Source: Archangiaceae bacterium
GTDB taxonomy: Bacteria > Myxococcota > Myxococcia > Myxococcales > Myxococcaceae
Length of the DNA stretch: 19,242 nucleotides
NCBI GenBank assembly: GCA_043750125.1
Contig: JAYVCD010000134.1
Location: 1-19,242 of the forward strand
Direction of reading: 5' to 3'
Made by a program: the position numbers and the translations under genes. Each line of letters begins with the position of its first letter. The stretch's first letter is position 1. A model generated the notes under the pieces. It was not told the DNA's origin. It saw only the letters and a program-made list of their open reading frames with translations, and searched no databases. This document shows, in pieces, positions 6,972 to 16,526 of this stretch.

Positions 6972-9900
6972 GTGAGCCACAAATCAATCGCACTCTTCTG
7001 CGCTGCCGGGCTGCTGTTCGGCGCGTGCACCTGTGCTGACAACTCGACGACGGCCTCCGACAAAGTCGGTTTGAACGGACAGTCGCCTCCCCTGGACTTG
7101 AAGCCGTTGCCGGTTCCTCCGCGGATGCACGTTTCGCCCGAAGCTCTGCCGGGCGCAGGCCAGGAGCTCGCCGTCGCCGCCAAGCGACCGACCGGCGAAG
7201 TTCCGGGTGAAGTGCGACCCACGGTGACGTTCACCCGGCCGGTGAAGAGCCTCGAGCAAGTCGAAGATCAGCGCGCCGCCGATGCCGCCCACCCGTTCGC
7301 GAAGATCGAGCCCGCGCTCAAAGGCGAATGGCGCTGGCTGGGTTCGGCGTCGGCCGAATTCGTCCCCGACGGGTTGGTTCCGATGTCCACCTCCTTCACC
7401 GTCACCGTCTTCAAGGGGCTCAAGGCGCTGGACGGAAGTGAGCTCAAAGCAGACGTGCTCTGGGCCTTCAATACCCCGGCGCTCGAGCTGCAAGAGACCC
7501 TGCCTCGCCGCGACTTCCATTGGATGAAGCCCGATGAAGCGGTGAACCTGCTGTTCAACCAGCCGGTCAACGACGCTGAATTGGTCGCGGCTGCGAAGTT
7601 CGAAGTCGACGGCCAGCTGTGGAAAGCCCAGTTGATGAAGCGGGTTTCGATCGCCGACGAACGGCGCGAGCTGATGGAAAAGGCGAAAAAAGAAGGCCAC
7701 CCCCTCGCGCCGCTGGGCGACGAAGTCCGCGGGTGGCGCAACGCGCAGGTTCGCTACACCCTGGCTCCCGAGAAGCCGTTTCCGCTGGGAAAGGCGATCT
7801 CTTTGAAGCTCGACCCGGGGCTCCACGGCGAGCAGGGCCCGCTGAAGATGAAGCCGACAGCTCCGATTTCGTGGCGCACCTATGGCCCGCTGGCGCTGCT
7901 CGAAGTCAAGCCGTGCGGTCCAGACCCCTACCGCTGTTCCTGGGGTCCGCTGGTGGTGCGCACGTCCAACGAGGTCGAGGTGTCGACTCTGAAGGGCAAG
8001 CTGAAGATCACGCCCCCGGTGGAGATCGACTGGGACGCCTCGCGCGCGGACAGCTGGGGCGACTCGGAACAGGCGGTCCGGCTGGTCGGAAAGTGGCGTC
8101 CGGGCACCAGCTACAAAATCGAAATCGACCCGGGAGCGGCAGACGTCTTCAACCAGGTCGACCCCTCGGGCTTGAAAGGCAGCGTCGCGTTCAGCGACTT
8201 GAGCCCCGCGCTGGTGACCGGTGGCTACCTGGCCCTGGTCGAAGCGTCCGGCGTGGCGCCCAGGCTTCCCGTCGAGCTGAGCAACTTGAAGACGCTGGAC
8301 GTGAAGATGTGGAAGCTCTCGATCGAAGAGCTGGTGAAAGCAGTGGCCCGCGCCGCCTACGACGATCAAGCGGTGATCACCCGGGCTCCCGACTTCAGCG
8401 AGCGGCAAGACATCAAGTACCCGAAGAACCACGCGCGGGTGCATTCGATCGAGCTGGCGAAGCTGTTCGGCGAATCGAAGACCGGGGTCGCGCTGGTGAG
8501 CGTGAACTCGGAGCAGCTCGAGTCCAAACCGAAAGAAGGGTTTCTGCAGTTGGCGCAGGTGACGGACCTGGCGGCGCACGTGAAGGTCGCTCCGAAGAAG
8601 TCGCTGGTCTGGGTGACCCGGCTTTCCACCGGGGCTCCGGTCGCCGGTGCAGACGTGACGTTCTACGACGACACCGGCGCGGTGAAGTGGACAGGGAAGA
8701 GCGACGAAAACGGCTTTGCGGATCCCCCCGGCACGGTCGAGCTCAAGCTGAGCAACCCGAAATACCAGTGGGAATATCCGTTCGCGTTGATCACCGCCGC
8801 GAAGGACGGCGACCTGGGCTTCACCGCCAACACCTGGAGCACCGGGGTCGAGCCCTATGAGTTTGGCCTTTCCCAGGGCTGGGAAGGCGAGGCTCCCGCC
8901 AATGCCTCGTTCGTCTTTGCCGACCGTGGCATCTACCGCCCGGGCGACACCGCCTACATCAAAGGCGTGATCCGCTATCGCACCGTCGGCGAGCTGCGTG
9001 CGCCGGCCGAAGGATCTCAGCTGTCCGTGATCCTCACCGACTCGCATGGAGAGAAGGTGAAGTCGCAGACCGTGAAGGTCTCGAAGTACGGAACGTTCGC
9101 GATCGAAGCGGTGATCCCCAAAGACTCCCCCCTGGGCTACTGGGGCGTCAGCGTCACCGGCAGCGCGTCTTACGGAAACCTCGAAGCGAACGGATCCTTT
9201 CGGGTCGAGGAGTACCGCGCCCCCCAGTTCAAGGTGGACCTCGAGGCCCCGAAGAAATCATTGGTGATTGGCGACGTCCTCGAGGCTCGGGTCTTCGCCC
9301 GATACCTGTTCGGCGGCGCGATGAACGACGCCCGGGCCAAGTGGAGCGTGAACCGCAGTTCGTCGACCTTCACCGCTGCCTCCGCTCCCGACTTCACCTT
9401 CGCCCAGGAGACGTGGTGGTGGGACGACCGCCAGCCCGAGCAGACTTTGGGGTTCTTCGGCGCCGGCGAAGGCCGCGTCGACGCGAAGGGTGAGCTGCTG
9501 ATCAAGGCGGGCCAGGTCGAGGCTCCGGGCGAGAAGCCGTTCGAGTACACGATTGAAGCCGAGGTCGAAGACGTGAACCGCCAGTCGGTGGCAGGTCGCG
9601 CCGAAGTGATGGTGCACCCCGCGTCTTTCTACGTGGGCCTGCGCTCGAGCAGCGGGTTTCTCAAGGTCGGCGCCGAGGTCGCGCTCGACACCGTCGTGAC
9701 CGACACCTCGGGGAAGAAGGTCGCGGGCCGAAAGGTCGAGGTCACGATCAACGCCCGCACCTGGAAGTCGGTGAAGAAGAAGGACGCCACCGGTGGCTTC
9801 AGCACCGTCAGCGAGCCGGAAGAAAAAGAAGTCCACAAATGTGCGCTCACCAGCAGCGATGCGGCGGTTCCGTGCAAGTTCAGTCCGGCCACCGCGGGGT

Positions 9901-12900
9901 TCTTCATCGTCACCGCCGCGGTCAAGGACGACGCGGGCCGGCGCCACCGTTCGTCCCTCGGGGTCTACGCGACGGGCGAGCAGTTCGTCGCCTGGCAGCG
10001 CAACGACACCGATCGCATCGAGCTGGTGGTCGACAAGCCCAGCTACGACGTGGGCGACGTCGCCCGCGTGTTGGTCAAGTCTCCCTACCCCGAGGCCGTC
10101 GGAGTGCTGACCGTCGAACGGGAAGGCGTGCTCGAGCGTCGGGCGTTGAAGCTCAAGGGCAGCGTGACCGCGGTCGAAATCAAGATCACCGAAGAGATGG
10201 TGCCGAACATCTTCGCCGGCGTGGTGCTGGTGCATCCCCGGGTGGCCAAAGGGGGCATCGAGACCGGAGACGATCCCGGCCGGCCCGCGGCGCGCATCGG
10301 CTTCGTGAAGCTCAACGTCGAGAAGAAGACCAAGCGCCTGGCGGTGGACGTGAAGGCCGATCGGTCGGCCTATCGTCCCGGCGAGCAGGTGACGGTCACC
10401 GTCGACGTGAAGGACTCGAACGGCAAATCGCAAGACGGAGAAGTCACGCTCTATGCGGTCGACGAAGCGGTGCTGCGGTTGACCGCCTACGAGACCCCGG
10501 ACCCGATCGCTGCGATTTTCCCCGAGCGCCCCTTGTCCGTTCGCCTCGGCGAGCCGCTGCTGCACCTGGTCCGACAGCGCAACTATGGCGAGAAGGGCGA
10601 GTCGCAAGGCGGAGGCGGTGGCAGCTCTGAAGGCGCCGGCTTCCGCACCAACTTCAAGACCACGGCGCTCTGGCTTCCCTCGCTCGAGACGAAGGGCGGC
10701 ACCGCGACGGCGAAGTTCACGCTGCCCGACAACCTCACCACCTTTCGTTTGATGGCGGTGGTGGTGACCCAGCAAGAACGGTTTGGATCTGGAAAGAGCG
10801 ACCTGGTGGTGAACAAGCCGGTCCTTGCGCTGCCGGCGTTGCCGCGCTTCGCCCGGGTGGGCGACAAGTTCGAGGCGGGGGTGGTGGTGCACCTGCACGA
10901 CATCAGCGGGAAGGGCGATGACACCGCGGCCCAGGTCACGGTGACCGCCTCGGCCGAAGGGGCAACCGTCAGCGGGCCGGCGCAGCAGCAGGTGACGGTG
11001 TCGCCGAGCGCGCCGCGAGAAGTGCGCTTTGCCTTCACCGCCGACAAAGCGGGGATCGCCACGTTCCGGTTCAAGGCGACGAAGGGCGCCGACTTTGATG
11101 GGGTCGAGCAGAAGATCCCGATCGAGCTGCCGGTGGCGATCGAGACGGTGGCGACGTACGGCGACACGACGGACAGCCGGGTGGAGGGCCTGGCTCCTCC
11201 GAAAGACGCCGTCGAGGATCTCGGAGGCCTCGAGGTCACGCTGGCCTCGACCTCGCTGGGCAACTTCGGCAAAGGCTTTCAACAGCTGGTCGAGTACCCC
11301 TACGGCTGTCTCGAGCAGCAGTCGTCGCGGTTGGTTCCGTTCGTGGCGATGCGGGAAATCGCCGGACAATTTGCGATTCCCTGGCCGGGCAGCAACCCGA
11401 AGAAACAAGCGCAAGAGGACGAGCTGAACGCGCTGATGCGCACCTACCTCTTCGACACCCTCGACGTGAGCGGCGAGAAGAACCCCGACAAGGTCGTCGC
11501 CAGCACGGTGCGATCGATTCTCAATCTGCAGGATGAAGACGGCGCCTTCCGGTACTGGAGCACCTCGACCTGCGCTTCCAGCTGGCAAAGCGCGTACGCG
11601 ACGATGGCGTTGTCGCGGGCGAAGGAAGTCGGGTTTGCGGTACCGGCGGACAAGCTGCGCCGCGCCGAGGCTTTTCTCACCAAGGTGGTGGGCGGCACCT
11701 GTCATCCGTGTGAGCTGGGTTGCCCGGACGAGGTGCGGGTGTTTGCAGCCTACGTTCTGGGTCGCAACAAGAAGGCGAAGGCCAGCGCGTACCCTGAATT
11801 TTATGCGCGGCGTCAGAAGCTCTCGTTGTTCTCGCGGGCGCTGCTGGCCAACGCGATGTTCACCGCCGGCGGTGACCGGAAGCAGGCCAATGCGCTGATG
11901 GCCGAGATCCTCAATTACGCCAAAGAATCGGCCAAGGGCATTCACTTCGAGGAAGCGAGCTCTTCGACCTACGCGACGCTCTGGCAGTCGGACACCCGGA
12001 CGACTGGAGTGGTGTTGCAAGCCCTGACGAACATCACTCCGGATCATCCGTTCGTCTCGAAGATGGCGCGCTACCTCACCGGGGTGCGGCAGGGCGATGG
12101 GAAGTGGCGCTCGACCCAGGAAGCGGCGTTCTCGTTGATGGCGCTCACCGAAGTGCTGCGCACCAAAGAACGTGAGACTCCCAACTACAGCGCGACCGTG
12201 GCGCTGGGGCCGGCCCCGCTGGTGGAACAGAAATTCGAGGGGCGCTCGCTCACCAGTCCGTCGAAGAGCATCGCGATGGCCGACCTGCTCAAGCTTGCGA
12301 CCGGCAAGCCGCAGAACCTGACGTTCAAGAAAGACGGAACGGGCGTCCTTTATTACTCGGCGACGCTGAAATACGCGTCGAAGAACATGCCGACCACGGC
12401 GTTGGACAACGGGCTGTTCGTCCAGCGGTGGTTCGAGCCCTACACCGGCGGAGGACAGGCGCTGAAGTTCTACGCCGGCGACCTGGTGCGGGTGCGGGTG
12501 CGGGTCGGGTCGAACCAGGAACGTCACTGGGCTGCGATCGAAGTGCCGCTGCCCGCGGGCCTCGAGCCGGTCGACACCACGCTGGCGAGCACCGCGAAGC
12601 TGGCTGCGGGTCCCGGCGAAGAGAGCCGGGGACCGGGCTACGAGAGTCAAAGTGAGCTCGACGAGGAAGGCGGCAGCGCGGTCGAGCCCGAAGAGGCGGG
12701 GCCGTGGGCGACCGGGTTCTGGACTCCGTTCACCTTCACCGAGACCCGCGATTCGAAAGTGGTGTTGTTCGCAGATCACCTTCCCCCGGGGGTGCACGTC
12801 GCAAGCTTCGTGGCGCGCGCGACGACGCCGGGCCGCTTCATCTTGAAGCCCGCCCGCGGGACATTGATGTACGAGCCCGAGGTCTGGGGCCGCAGCGAAG

Positions 12901-12947
12901 GAGGGACATTCGAGGTGGTGATCCCCACTCCAGTGAGCTCGAAATAG
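6972..12947 (+). CDS. yfhM: Bacterial alpha-2-macroglobulin family lipoprotein (1991 aa) with thioester motif
   Basis: Lipobox LLFGA-C, MG2 motif FADRGIYRPGD, FRVEEYRAPQF, a Gly-rich bait-like region before FRTNF, LPDNLTTFR, thioester YPYGCLEQ (CLEQ at 11307-11318), WRSTQE and C-terminal MYEPEVWGRS. Directly followed by pbpC. Confidence 0.96.
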   Translation: MSHKSIALFCAAGLLFGACTCADNSTTASDKVGLNGQSPPLDLKPLPVPPRMHVSPEALPGAGQELAVAAKRPTGEVPGEVRPTVTFTRPVKSLEQVEDQRAADAAHPFAKIEPALKGEWRWLGSASAEFVPDGLVPMSTSFTVTVFKGLKALDGSELKADVLWAFNTPALELQETLPRRDFHWMKPDEAVNLLFNQPVNDAELVAAAKFEVDGQLWKAQLMKRVSIADERRELMEKAKKEGHPLAPLGDEVRGWRNAQVRYTLAPEKPFPLGKAISLKLDPGLHGEQGPLKMKPTAPISWRTYGPLALLEVKPCGPDPYRCSWGPLVVRTSNEVEVSTLKGKLKITPPVEIDWDASRADSWGDSEQAVRLVGKWRPGTSYKIEIDPGAADVFNQVDPSGLKGSVAFSDLSPALVTGGYLALVEASGVAPRLPVELSNLKTLDVKMWKLSIEELVKAVARAAYDDQAVITRAPDFSERQDIKYPKNHARVHSIELAKLFGESKTGVALVSVNSEQLESKPKEGFLQLAQVTDLAAHVKVAPKKSLVWVTRLSTGAPVAGADVTFYDDTGAVKWTGKSDENGFADPPGTVELKLSNPKYQWEYPFALITAAKDGDLGFTANTWSTGVEPYEFGLSQGWEGEAPANASFVFADRGIYRPGDTAYIKGVIRYRTVGELRAPAEGSQLSVILTDSHGEKVKSQTVKVSKYGTFAIEAVIPKDSPLGYWGVSVTGSASYGNLEANGSFRVEEYRAPQFKVDLEAPKKSLVIGDVLEARVFARYLFGGAMNDARAKWSVNRSSSTFTAASAPDFTFAQETWWWDDRQPEQTLGFFGAGEGRVDAKGELLIKAGQVEAPGEKPFEYTIEAEVEDVNRQSVAGRAEVMVHPASFYVGLRSSSGFLKVGAEVALDTVVTDTSGKKVAGRKVEVTINARTWKSVKKKDATGGFSTVSEPEEKEVHKCALTSSDAAVPCKFSPATAGFFIVTAAVKDDAGRRHRSSLGVYATGEQFVAWQRNDTDRIELVVDKPSYDVGDVARVLVKSPYPEAVGVLTVEREGVLERRALKLKGSVTAVEIKITEEMVPNIFAGVVLVHPRVAKGGIETGDDPGRPAARIGFVKLNVEKKTKRLAVDVKADRSAYRPGEQVTVTVDVKDSNGKSQDGEVTLYAVDEAVLRLTAYETPDPIAAIFPERPLSVRLGEPLLHLVRQRNYGEKGESQGGGGGSSEGAGFRTNFKTTALWLPSLETKGGTATAKFTLPDNLTTFRLMAVVVTQQERFGSGKSDLVVNKPVLALPALPRFARVGDKFEAGVVVHLHDISGKGDDTAAQVTVTASAEGATVSGPAQQQVTVSPSAPREVRFAFTADKAGIATFRFKATKGADFDGVEQKIPIELPVAIETVATYGDTTDSRVEGLAPPKDAVEDLGGLEVTLASTSLGNFGKGFQQLVEYPYGCLEQQSSRLVPFVAMREIAGQFAIPWPGSNPKKQAQEDELNALMRTYLFDTLDVSGEKNPDKVVASTVRSILNLQDEDGAFRYWSTSTCASSWQSAYATMALSRAKEVGFAVPADKLRRAEAFLTKVVGGTCHPCELGCPDEVRVFAAYVLGRNKKAKASAYPEFYARRQKLSLFSRALLANAMFTAGGDRKQANALMAEILNYAKESAKGIHFEEASSSTYATLWQSDTRTTGVVLQALTNITPDHPFVSKMARYLTGVRQGDGKWRSTQEAAFSLMALTEVLRTKERETPNYSATVALGPAPLVEQKFEGRSLTSPSKSIAMADLLKLATGKPQNLTFKKDGTGVLYYSATLKYASKNMPTTALDNGLFVQRWFEPYTGGGQALKFYAGDLVRVRVRVGSNQERHWAAIEVPLPAGLEPVDTTLASTAKLAAGPGEESRGPGYESQSELDEEGGSAVEPEEAGPWATGFWTPFTFTETRDSKVVLFADHLPPGVHVASFVARATTPGRFILKPARGTLMYEPEVWGRSEGGTFEVVIPTPVSSK

Positions 12948-12996
12948 CGTGGGCTGTCCCGTTCACCTCGAGCCCCGTCGAAGGACGCGCCGGTAG

Positions 12997-15381
12997 ATGC
13001 TGCGGCGAATCCGGCGGGGCATCTTCGGGGCGGTGGCAGTGGCGGGCTGCGTGGCGCTGGCGTTCATCGCCGCTCCGCTGCCGCCAGGCCTGACCGACTA
13101 CCGCCCGGTGTCCTCGGTACGGGTGCTCGATCGAAGCGGAGGGCTGCTTCGGGAAATCAAGTCGAGCGCCGACGGCCGGTCGACTCCGCTGAAGAGCTCA
13201 GAAATTCCCCTCCCCGTGCGCAACGCGTTTCTCGCCGCCGAAGACCATCGGTTCTTCCAGCACCTGGGAGTGTCCGTCACGGCGCTGGTGCGCGCGGCGT
13301 GGCAGGACGTGCGGGCGGGAAAAATCGTCGCCGGGGGCTCGACAATCTCGATGCAGCTGGCCCGGACGCTGGTGCCGCGCGAGCGAACCCTGCTCGGGAA
13401 GGCCGGAGAAGCGCTCTGGGCGCTGCGGCTCGAAGCGCACCTGTCGAAGGACGAGCTGCTGACCCAGTATTTGAATCGGGTCCCGTTCGGAAACAACACC
13501 TTCGGGCTCGAGGCGGCCTCGCAGCTGTACTTCGCGCGCCGGGCCGAACACCTGTCGCTGGGCCAGGCGGCGGCCCTGGCGGCGCTGCCCCGAGGACCCT
13601 CGGCCTACAACCCCTACCGCCGGCCCGAGGCGCTCGAGCGACGACGGCAGTGGGTGCTTTCCCGCATGGGGCAGACGGGGCTCGCGTCCCACGACGCGAT
13701 CGAAGAGGCGAAGGTCACGGCGCTCGACTTGTCCGCGTTCGAGGCCACCTTTCGAGCCCCCCACTTCGTCGAGTACGTCATCTCGCACCTGGCAGCGTGG
13801 GGCTTGTCGGATGCCACCGTGGTTCAGACTTCGCTCGATCCCCAGCTGCAGCCGCAGGTCGAACAGCTGATTCACGAAGAGCTCTTGCGCCTGTCTGATC
13901 GCCGGGTCGGCTCGGCCGCGGCGGTCGTGATCGACAACGAGACCGGACAGGTGCTCGCCTACCAGGGGAGCATCGATTTTTTCGATGACGCGGTCGGCGG
14001 GCAGAACGACGGAATCCAGATGCATCGGCAGCCCGGGTCGGCGCTCAAGCCCTTCGTCTACGCCCAGGCCTTCGCGCAGGGCTTCACTCCGGCAACGGTG
14101 ATCGCGGATCTCGAGACCCACTTCGCGGCGCAGAAAGGCACCTGGTCCCCGAAGAACTACGACCGGAAGACCCACGGGCCGGTTCGGGCGCGAGAGGCGC
14201 TCGCCAACAGCTACAACGTCCCGGCGGTTAAGGTGGCCGAGGCGATCGGCCCTTCGGCGCTGCTGGCCTTGTTGCGCCGCGCGGGGTTCGAGTCGCTGCA
14301 TGAATCGGCCGAGCACTATGGCCTGGGGCTGGTGCTCGGCAATGGCGAGGTGTCCTTATGGGAAGCCGCGCGCGCCTACCGGGGGCTCGCGCAGGGTGGG
14401 GTGGTGCGGCCACTGCACCCGGTGCTTCAGGCCTGGCGCGCCGACGGCACCGAGCTCGCACTGACTCAGGAGCTCAAGCCGCGCCGATTCGCCCAACCCC
14501 AGGCGGCTGCGCTGGTGACCCACGTGCTGCAGGACAACGCCGCCCGCGCGAGGGCGTTCGGGCTCGACAACGCGCTTCGGTTGCCCTTTCCCACTGCGGC
14601 CAAGACCGGAACGAGCAAGGGCTACTCGGACAATTGGACCGTCGGGTTCACCCACGAGCGCACGGTCGCGGTCTGGGCGGGGAACTTCGATGGCTCGCCG
14701 ATGATTCGGGTGTCGGGAATCACCGGGGCGGGCCCTGTTTTTCGGCGGGTGATGACCGCGGCAATGGCGGGGGTGAACCCGTCCGGGCTGGTCGACGAGC
14801 GGGGACTGACGACCGCTCAGATTTGCCCGCTGTCGGGCCGACTGGCGGGGCGCTACTGCCCGGCCCAGATGGAAGAGAAGTTCGCGCTGGGCACTGAGCC
14901 GACCCAGAGCTGCCAGATGCACGATGCCGCGTCGCCGCGACTGCCGCCCGAGCTGGCTCAGAAGTGTCTGCAGCTGCAGGCGGGGCAGGGGCGCCTGGTG
15001 GATCTGGGAGTCGACTACTACGACTGGGCGCAGGCGCAGGGGCTGTCCGATGAGCCGTGGCTCGCGGCGGCTTGTCGCGTCGACCCAGCGACCGACCCCG
15101 CCGTTCCCCACATTCTGTTTCCCATCAATGGAGATGAGTTCCTGCTGCTGTCAGATCTTCCCCTCGAAGATCAGGCCATTCCGGTGCGGATCCGAGCGAC
15201 CGCCGCCGTGGGCCCGCTCGAGCTTCGGGTCGACGGTCGGCTGGCGCAGACGATCTCGGTTCCGTTCACGACGCGAATTCCGGCGCTGCGCGGGGCCCAT
15301 ACGCTCTCGGTCCACAAGCCGGGAGATCTGCGCGCGCTGGGCGAGGTGAAGTTCCAGGTCCGAGCTGAAACGTCGCTTTAG
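12997..15381 (+). CDS. pbpC: Penicillin-binding protein 1C (bifunctional transglycosylase/transpeptidase, 794 aa)
   Basis: N-terminal TM anchor, transglycosylase motifs EDHRF, GGSTISMQLAR and YLN, transpeptidase motifs SALK (SxxK), SYN and KTGTS, and the canonical position downstream of alpha-2-macroglobulin. Confidence 0.95.
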   Translation: MLRRIRRGIFGAVAVAGCVALAFIAAPLPPGLTDYRPVSSVRVLDRSGGLLREIKSSADGRSTPLKSSEIPLPVRNAFLAAEDHRFFQHLGVSVTALVRAAWQDVRAGKIVAGGSTISMQLARTLVPRERTLLGKAGEALWALRLEAHLSKDELLTQYLNRVPFGNNTFGLEAASQLYFARRAEHLSLGQAAALAALPRGPSAYNPYRRPEALERRRQWVLSRMGQTGLASHDAIEEAKVTALDLSAFEATFRAPHFVEYVISHLAAWGLSDATVVQTSLDPQLQPQVEQLIHEELLRLSDRRVGSAAAVVIDNETGQVLAYQGSIDFFDDAVGGQNDGIQMHRQPGSALKPFVYAQAFAQGFTPATVIADLETHFAAQKGTWSPKNYDRKTHGPVRAREALANSYNVPAVKVAEAIGPSALLALLRRAGFESLHESAEHYGLGLVLGNGEVSLWEAARAYRGLAQGGVVRPLHPVLQAWRADGTELALTQELKPRRFAQPQAAALVTHVLQDNAARARAFGLDNALRLPFPTAAKTGTSKGYSDNWTVGFTHERTVAVWAGNFDGSPMIRVSGITGAGPVFRRVMTAAMAGVNPSGLVDERGLTTAQICPLSGRLAGRYCPAQMEEKFALGTEPTQSCQMHDAASPRLPPELAQKCLQLQAGQGRLVDLGVDYYDWAQAQGLSDEPWLAAACRVDPATDPAVPHILFPINGDEFLLLSDLPLEDQAIPVRIRATAAVGPLELRVDGRLAQTISVPFTTRIPALRGAHTLSVHKPGDLRALGEVKFQVRAETSL

Positions 15382-15893
15382 ACCAGGGCCTCTTTCTTCT
15401 TCTTCGCTTCGCGATCGCGCTTCCACCCGGCGAAGAGCAAAAAGGCAATTCCGGCCAGGATCGCCAGGTCGGCAACGTTGAACACCCCGGTGCGCAACCG
15501 ACCGATGCCCATGTTCATGAAGTCGACCACCGCGCCGTCATTGCGCGCCCGATCGACCCAGTTCGACAAGCCGCCGCCGGCAATCATCGCGTAGCCGGCG
15601 ACCTGGCCGCTGTCGAGGGCTCCGCTGGTGGCAGTGAAGATCACGATCCCCAGCAGCAGCAGCCCGACCGCCACGGTGAGAATTCCAAACCGCATCCCAT
15701 CGGGAAGGTTCGCCCCCAAAGAGAGGAACGCGCCTTCGTTGGTCGCCCAGGTCAGCCGAAACGTGTCCCCCAAAAACGACCGCATCGGCTCGCCCTTGAG
15801 CGTCGCATTCGCCAATTGCTTGGACGCTTGATCGCATCCGACTGAGAGGCCGAGCACAGCGAAGAGCAGCAGCAAGCGATTGAAGAGCGTCAC
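15378..15893 (-). CDS. lspA: Lipoprotein signal peptidase (signal peptidase II), 171 aa
   Basis: Motifs DQASK, NEGAFLSLG, GGGLSNWVDR, VVDFM and FNVAD (catalytic Asp pair), with hydrophobic TM segments. AGGAG SD precedes the GTG start; the stop overlaps the pbpC stop (convergent). Confidence 0.95.
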   Translation of the reverse strand: MTLFNRLLLLFAVLGLSVGCDQASKQLANATLKGEPMRSFLGDTFRLTWATNEGAFLSLGANLPDGMRFGILTVAVGLLLLGIVIFTATSGALDSGQVAGYAMIAGGGLSNWVDRARNDGAVVDFMNMGIGRLRTGVFNVADLAILAGIAFLLFAGWKRDREAKKKKEALV

Positions 15894-15911
15894 ACGCGTC
15901 TCCTGCCAGAT

Positions 15912-15977
15912 TCAGAAGCGCCCCGCCAGAGCGATGCCGCCGACGACAACCACGACCCGCGCGAGCCCGCCTTCGCC
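15912..15977 (-). pseudogene. Possible C-terminal remnant of a deleted exported protein gene (...VVVVVGGIALAGRF*)
   Basis: The spacer between the YfiR-like gene and lspA reads GEGGLARVVVVVGGIALAGRF-TGA on the minus strand, resembling the terminal-Phe beta-strand endings of myxobacterial exported proteins. It has no start codon of its own. Confidence 0.35.
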
Positions 15978-16525
15978 TACTGCTGGATGCGTGCGACGCG
16001 CATCACTGCAGAGCTGAACTCGGCTTTGATCGCCCGGGCCGCCACCACGTTGAGAATGACCTGCGCTTTTCCCGAGTTGAGCGCGACCCCGACGGTGATC
16101 CCCGTCTTCACCAACTCTTCATCGAGTGTCATTCCGTATCGATTGTGCTTCGTCGCGACTGCGGCCAGCGACGTGGCCAGCTCGGCCGAGGTGCCGGTGG
16201 GAATGAAGACGGCGCCTGCCTGACGCGTGACGAGCTGCGTTTCGAGCTCGCCCGAGGGAATCGCCTCGAAGCGCAGCGTTCGTCCCAGCATCGCTTTGAT
16301 CGGCAATGCGGCGGCCGCGGTGACGATGTTCTTGGCGATGTCGGCGGTGTTCTTCCCGAACGGGACCAGCACCAGGAATTCGTGCGCGCCAAGGCGGCCC
16401 TCGAAGGCGGCGTCGTAGGTGAGCACCTTGAGCATCACCAGCAGCCCCAGGTCGCGCGGAACTTCCTCGGCCTGCGCGCGTGAGGCTGCGAGCGTGCTCA
16501 GGAGCACCGCGAGAGCCACCGACAA
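15977..16525 (-). CDS. YfiR/HmsC (DUF4154)-like periplasmic protein
   Basis: Signal peptide ending AQA, LLVMLKVLTYD near the N-terminus, C-terminal GKAQVILNVVAARAIKAEFSSAVMRVARI, ~180 aa, immediately downstream of a TonB-dependent receptor. The TTG start is uncertain. Confidence 0.75.
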   Translation of the reverse strand: MSVALAVLLSTLAASRAQAEEVPRDLGLLVMLKVLTYDAAFEGRLGAHEFLVLVPFGKNTADIAKNIVTAAAALPIKAMLGRTLRFEAIPSGELETQLVTRQAGAVFIPTGTSAELATSLAAVATKHNRYGMTLDEELVKTGITVGVALNSGKAQVILNVVAARAIKAEFSSAVMRVARIQQ

Positions 16526-16526
16526 G

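Noticed and set aside
12486-12503. (GTGCGG)x3 tandem repeat resembling group II intron 5' ends
   Set aside because: It encodes the VRVRVR beta-strand in the a2M C-terminal domain, and no intron structure follows.
6984-12797. Long antisense ORFs (687 aa and 1179 aa) opposite a2M, and similar ones opposite uvrA, pbpC and the TonB receptor
   Set aside because: These are shadow ORFs expected from high-GC codon bias; they have no motifs and fully overlap well-supported genes.
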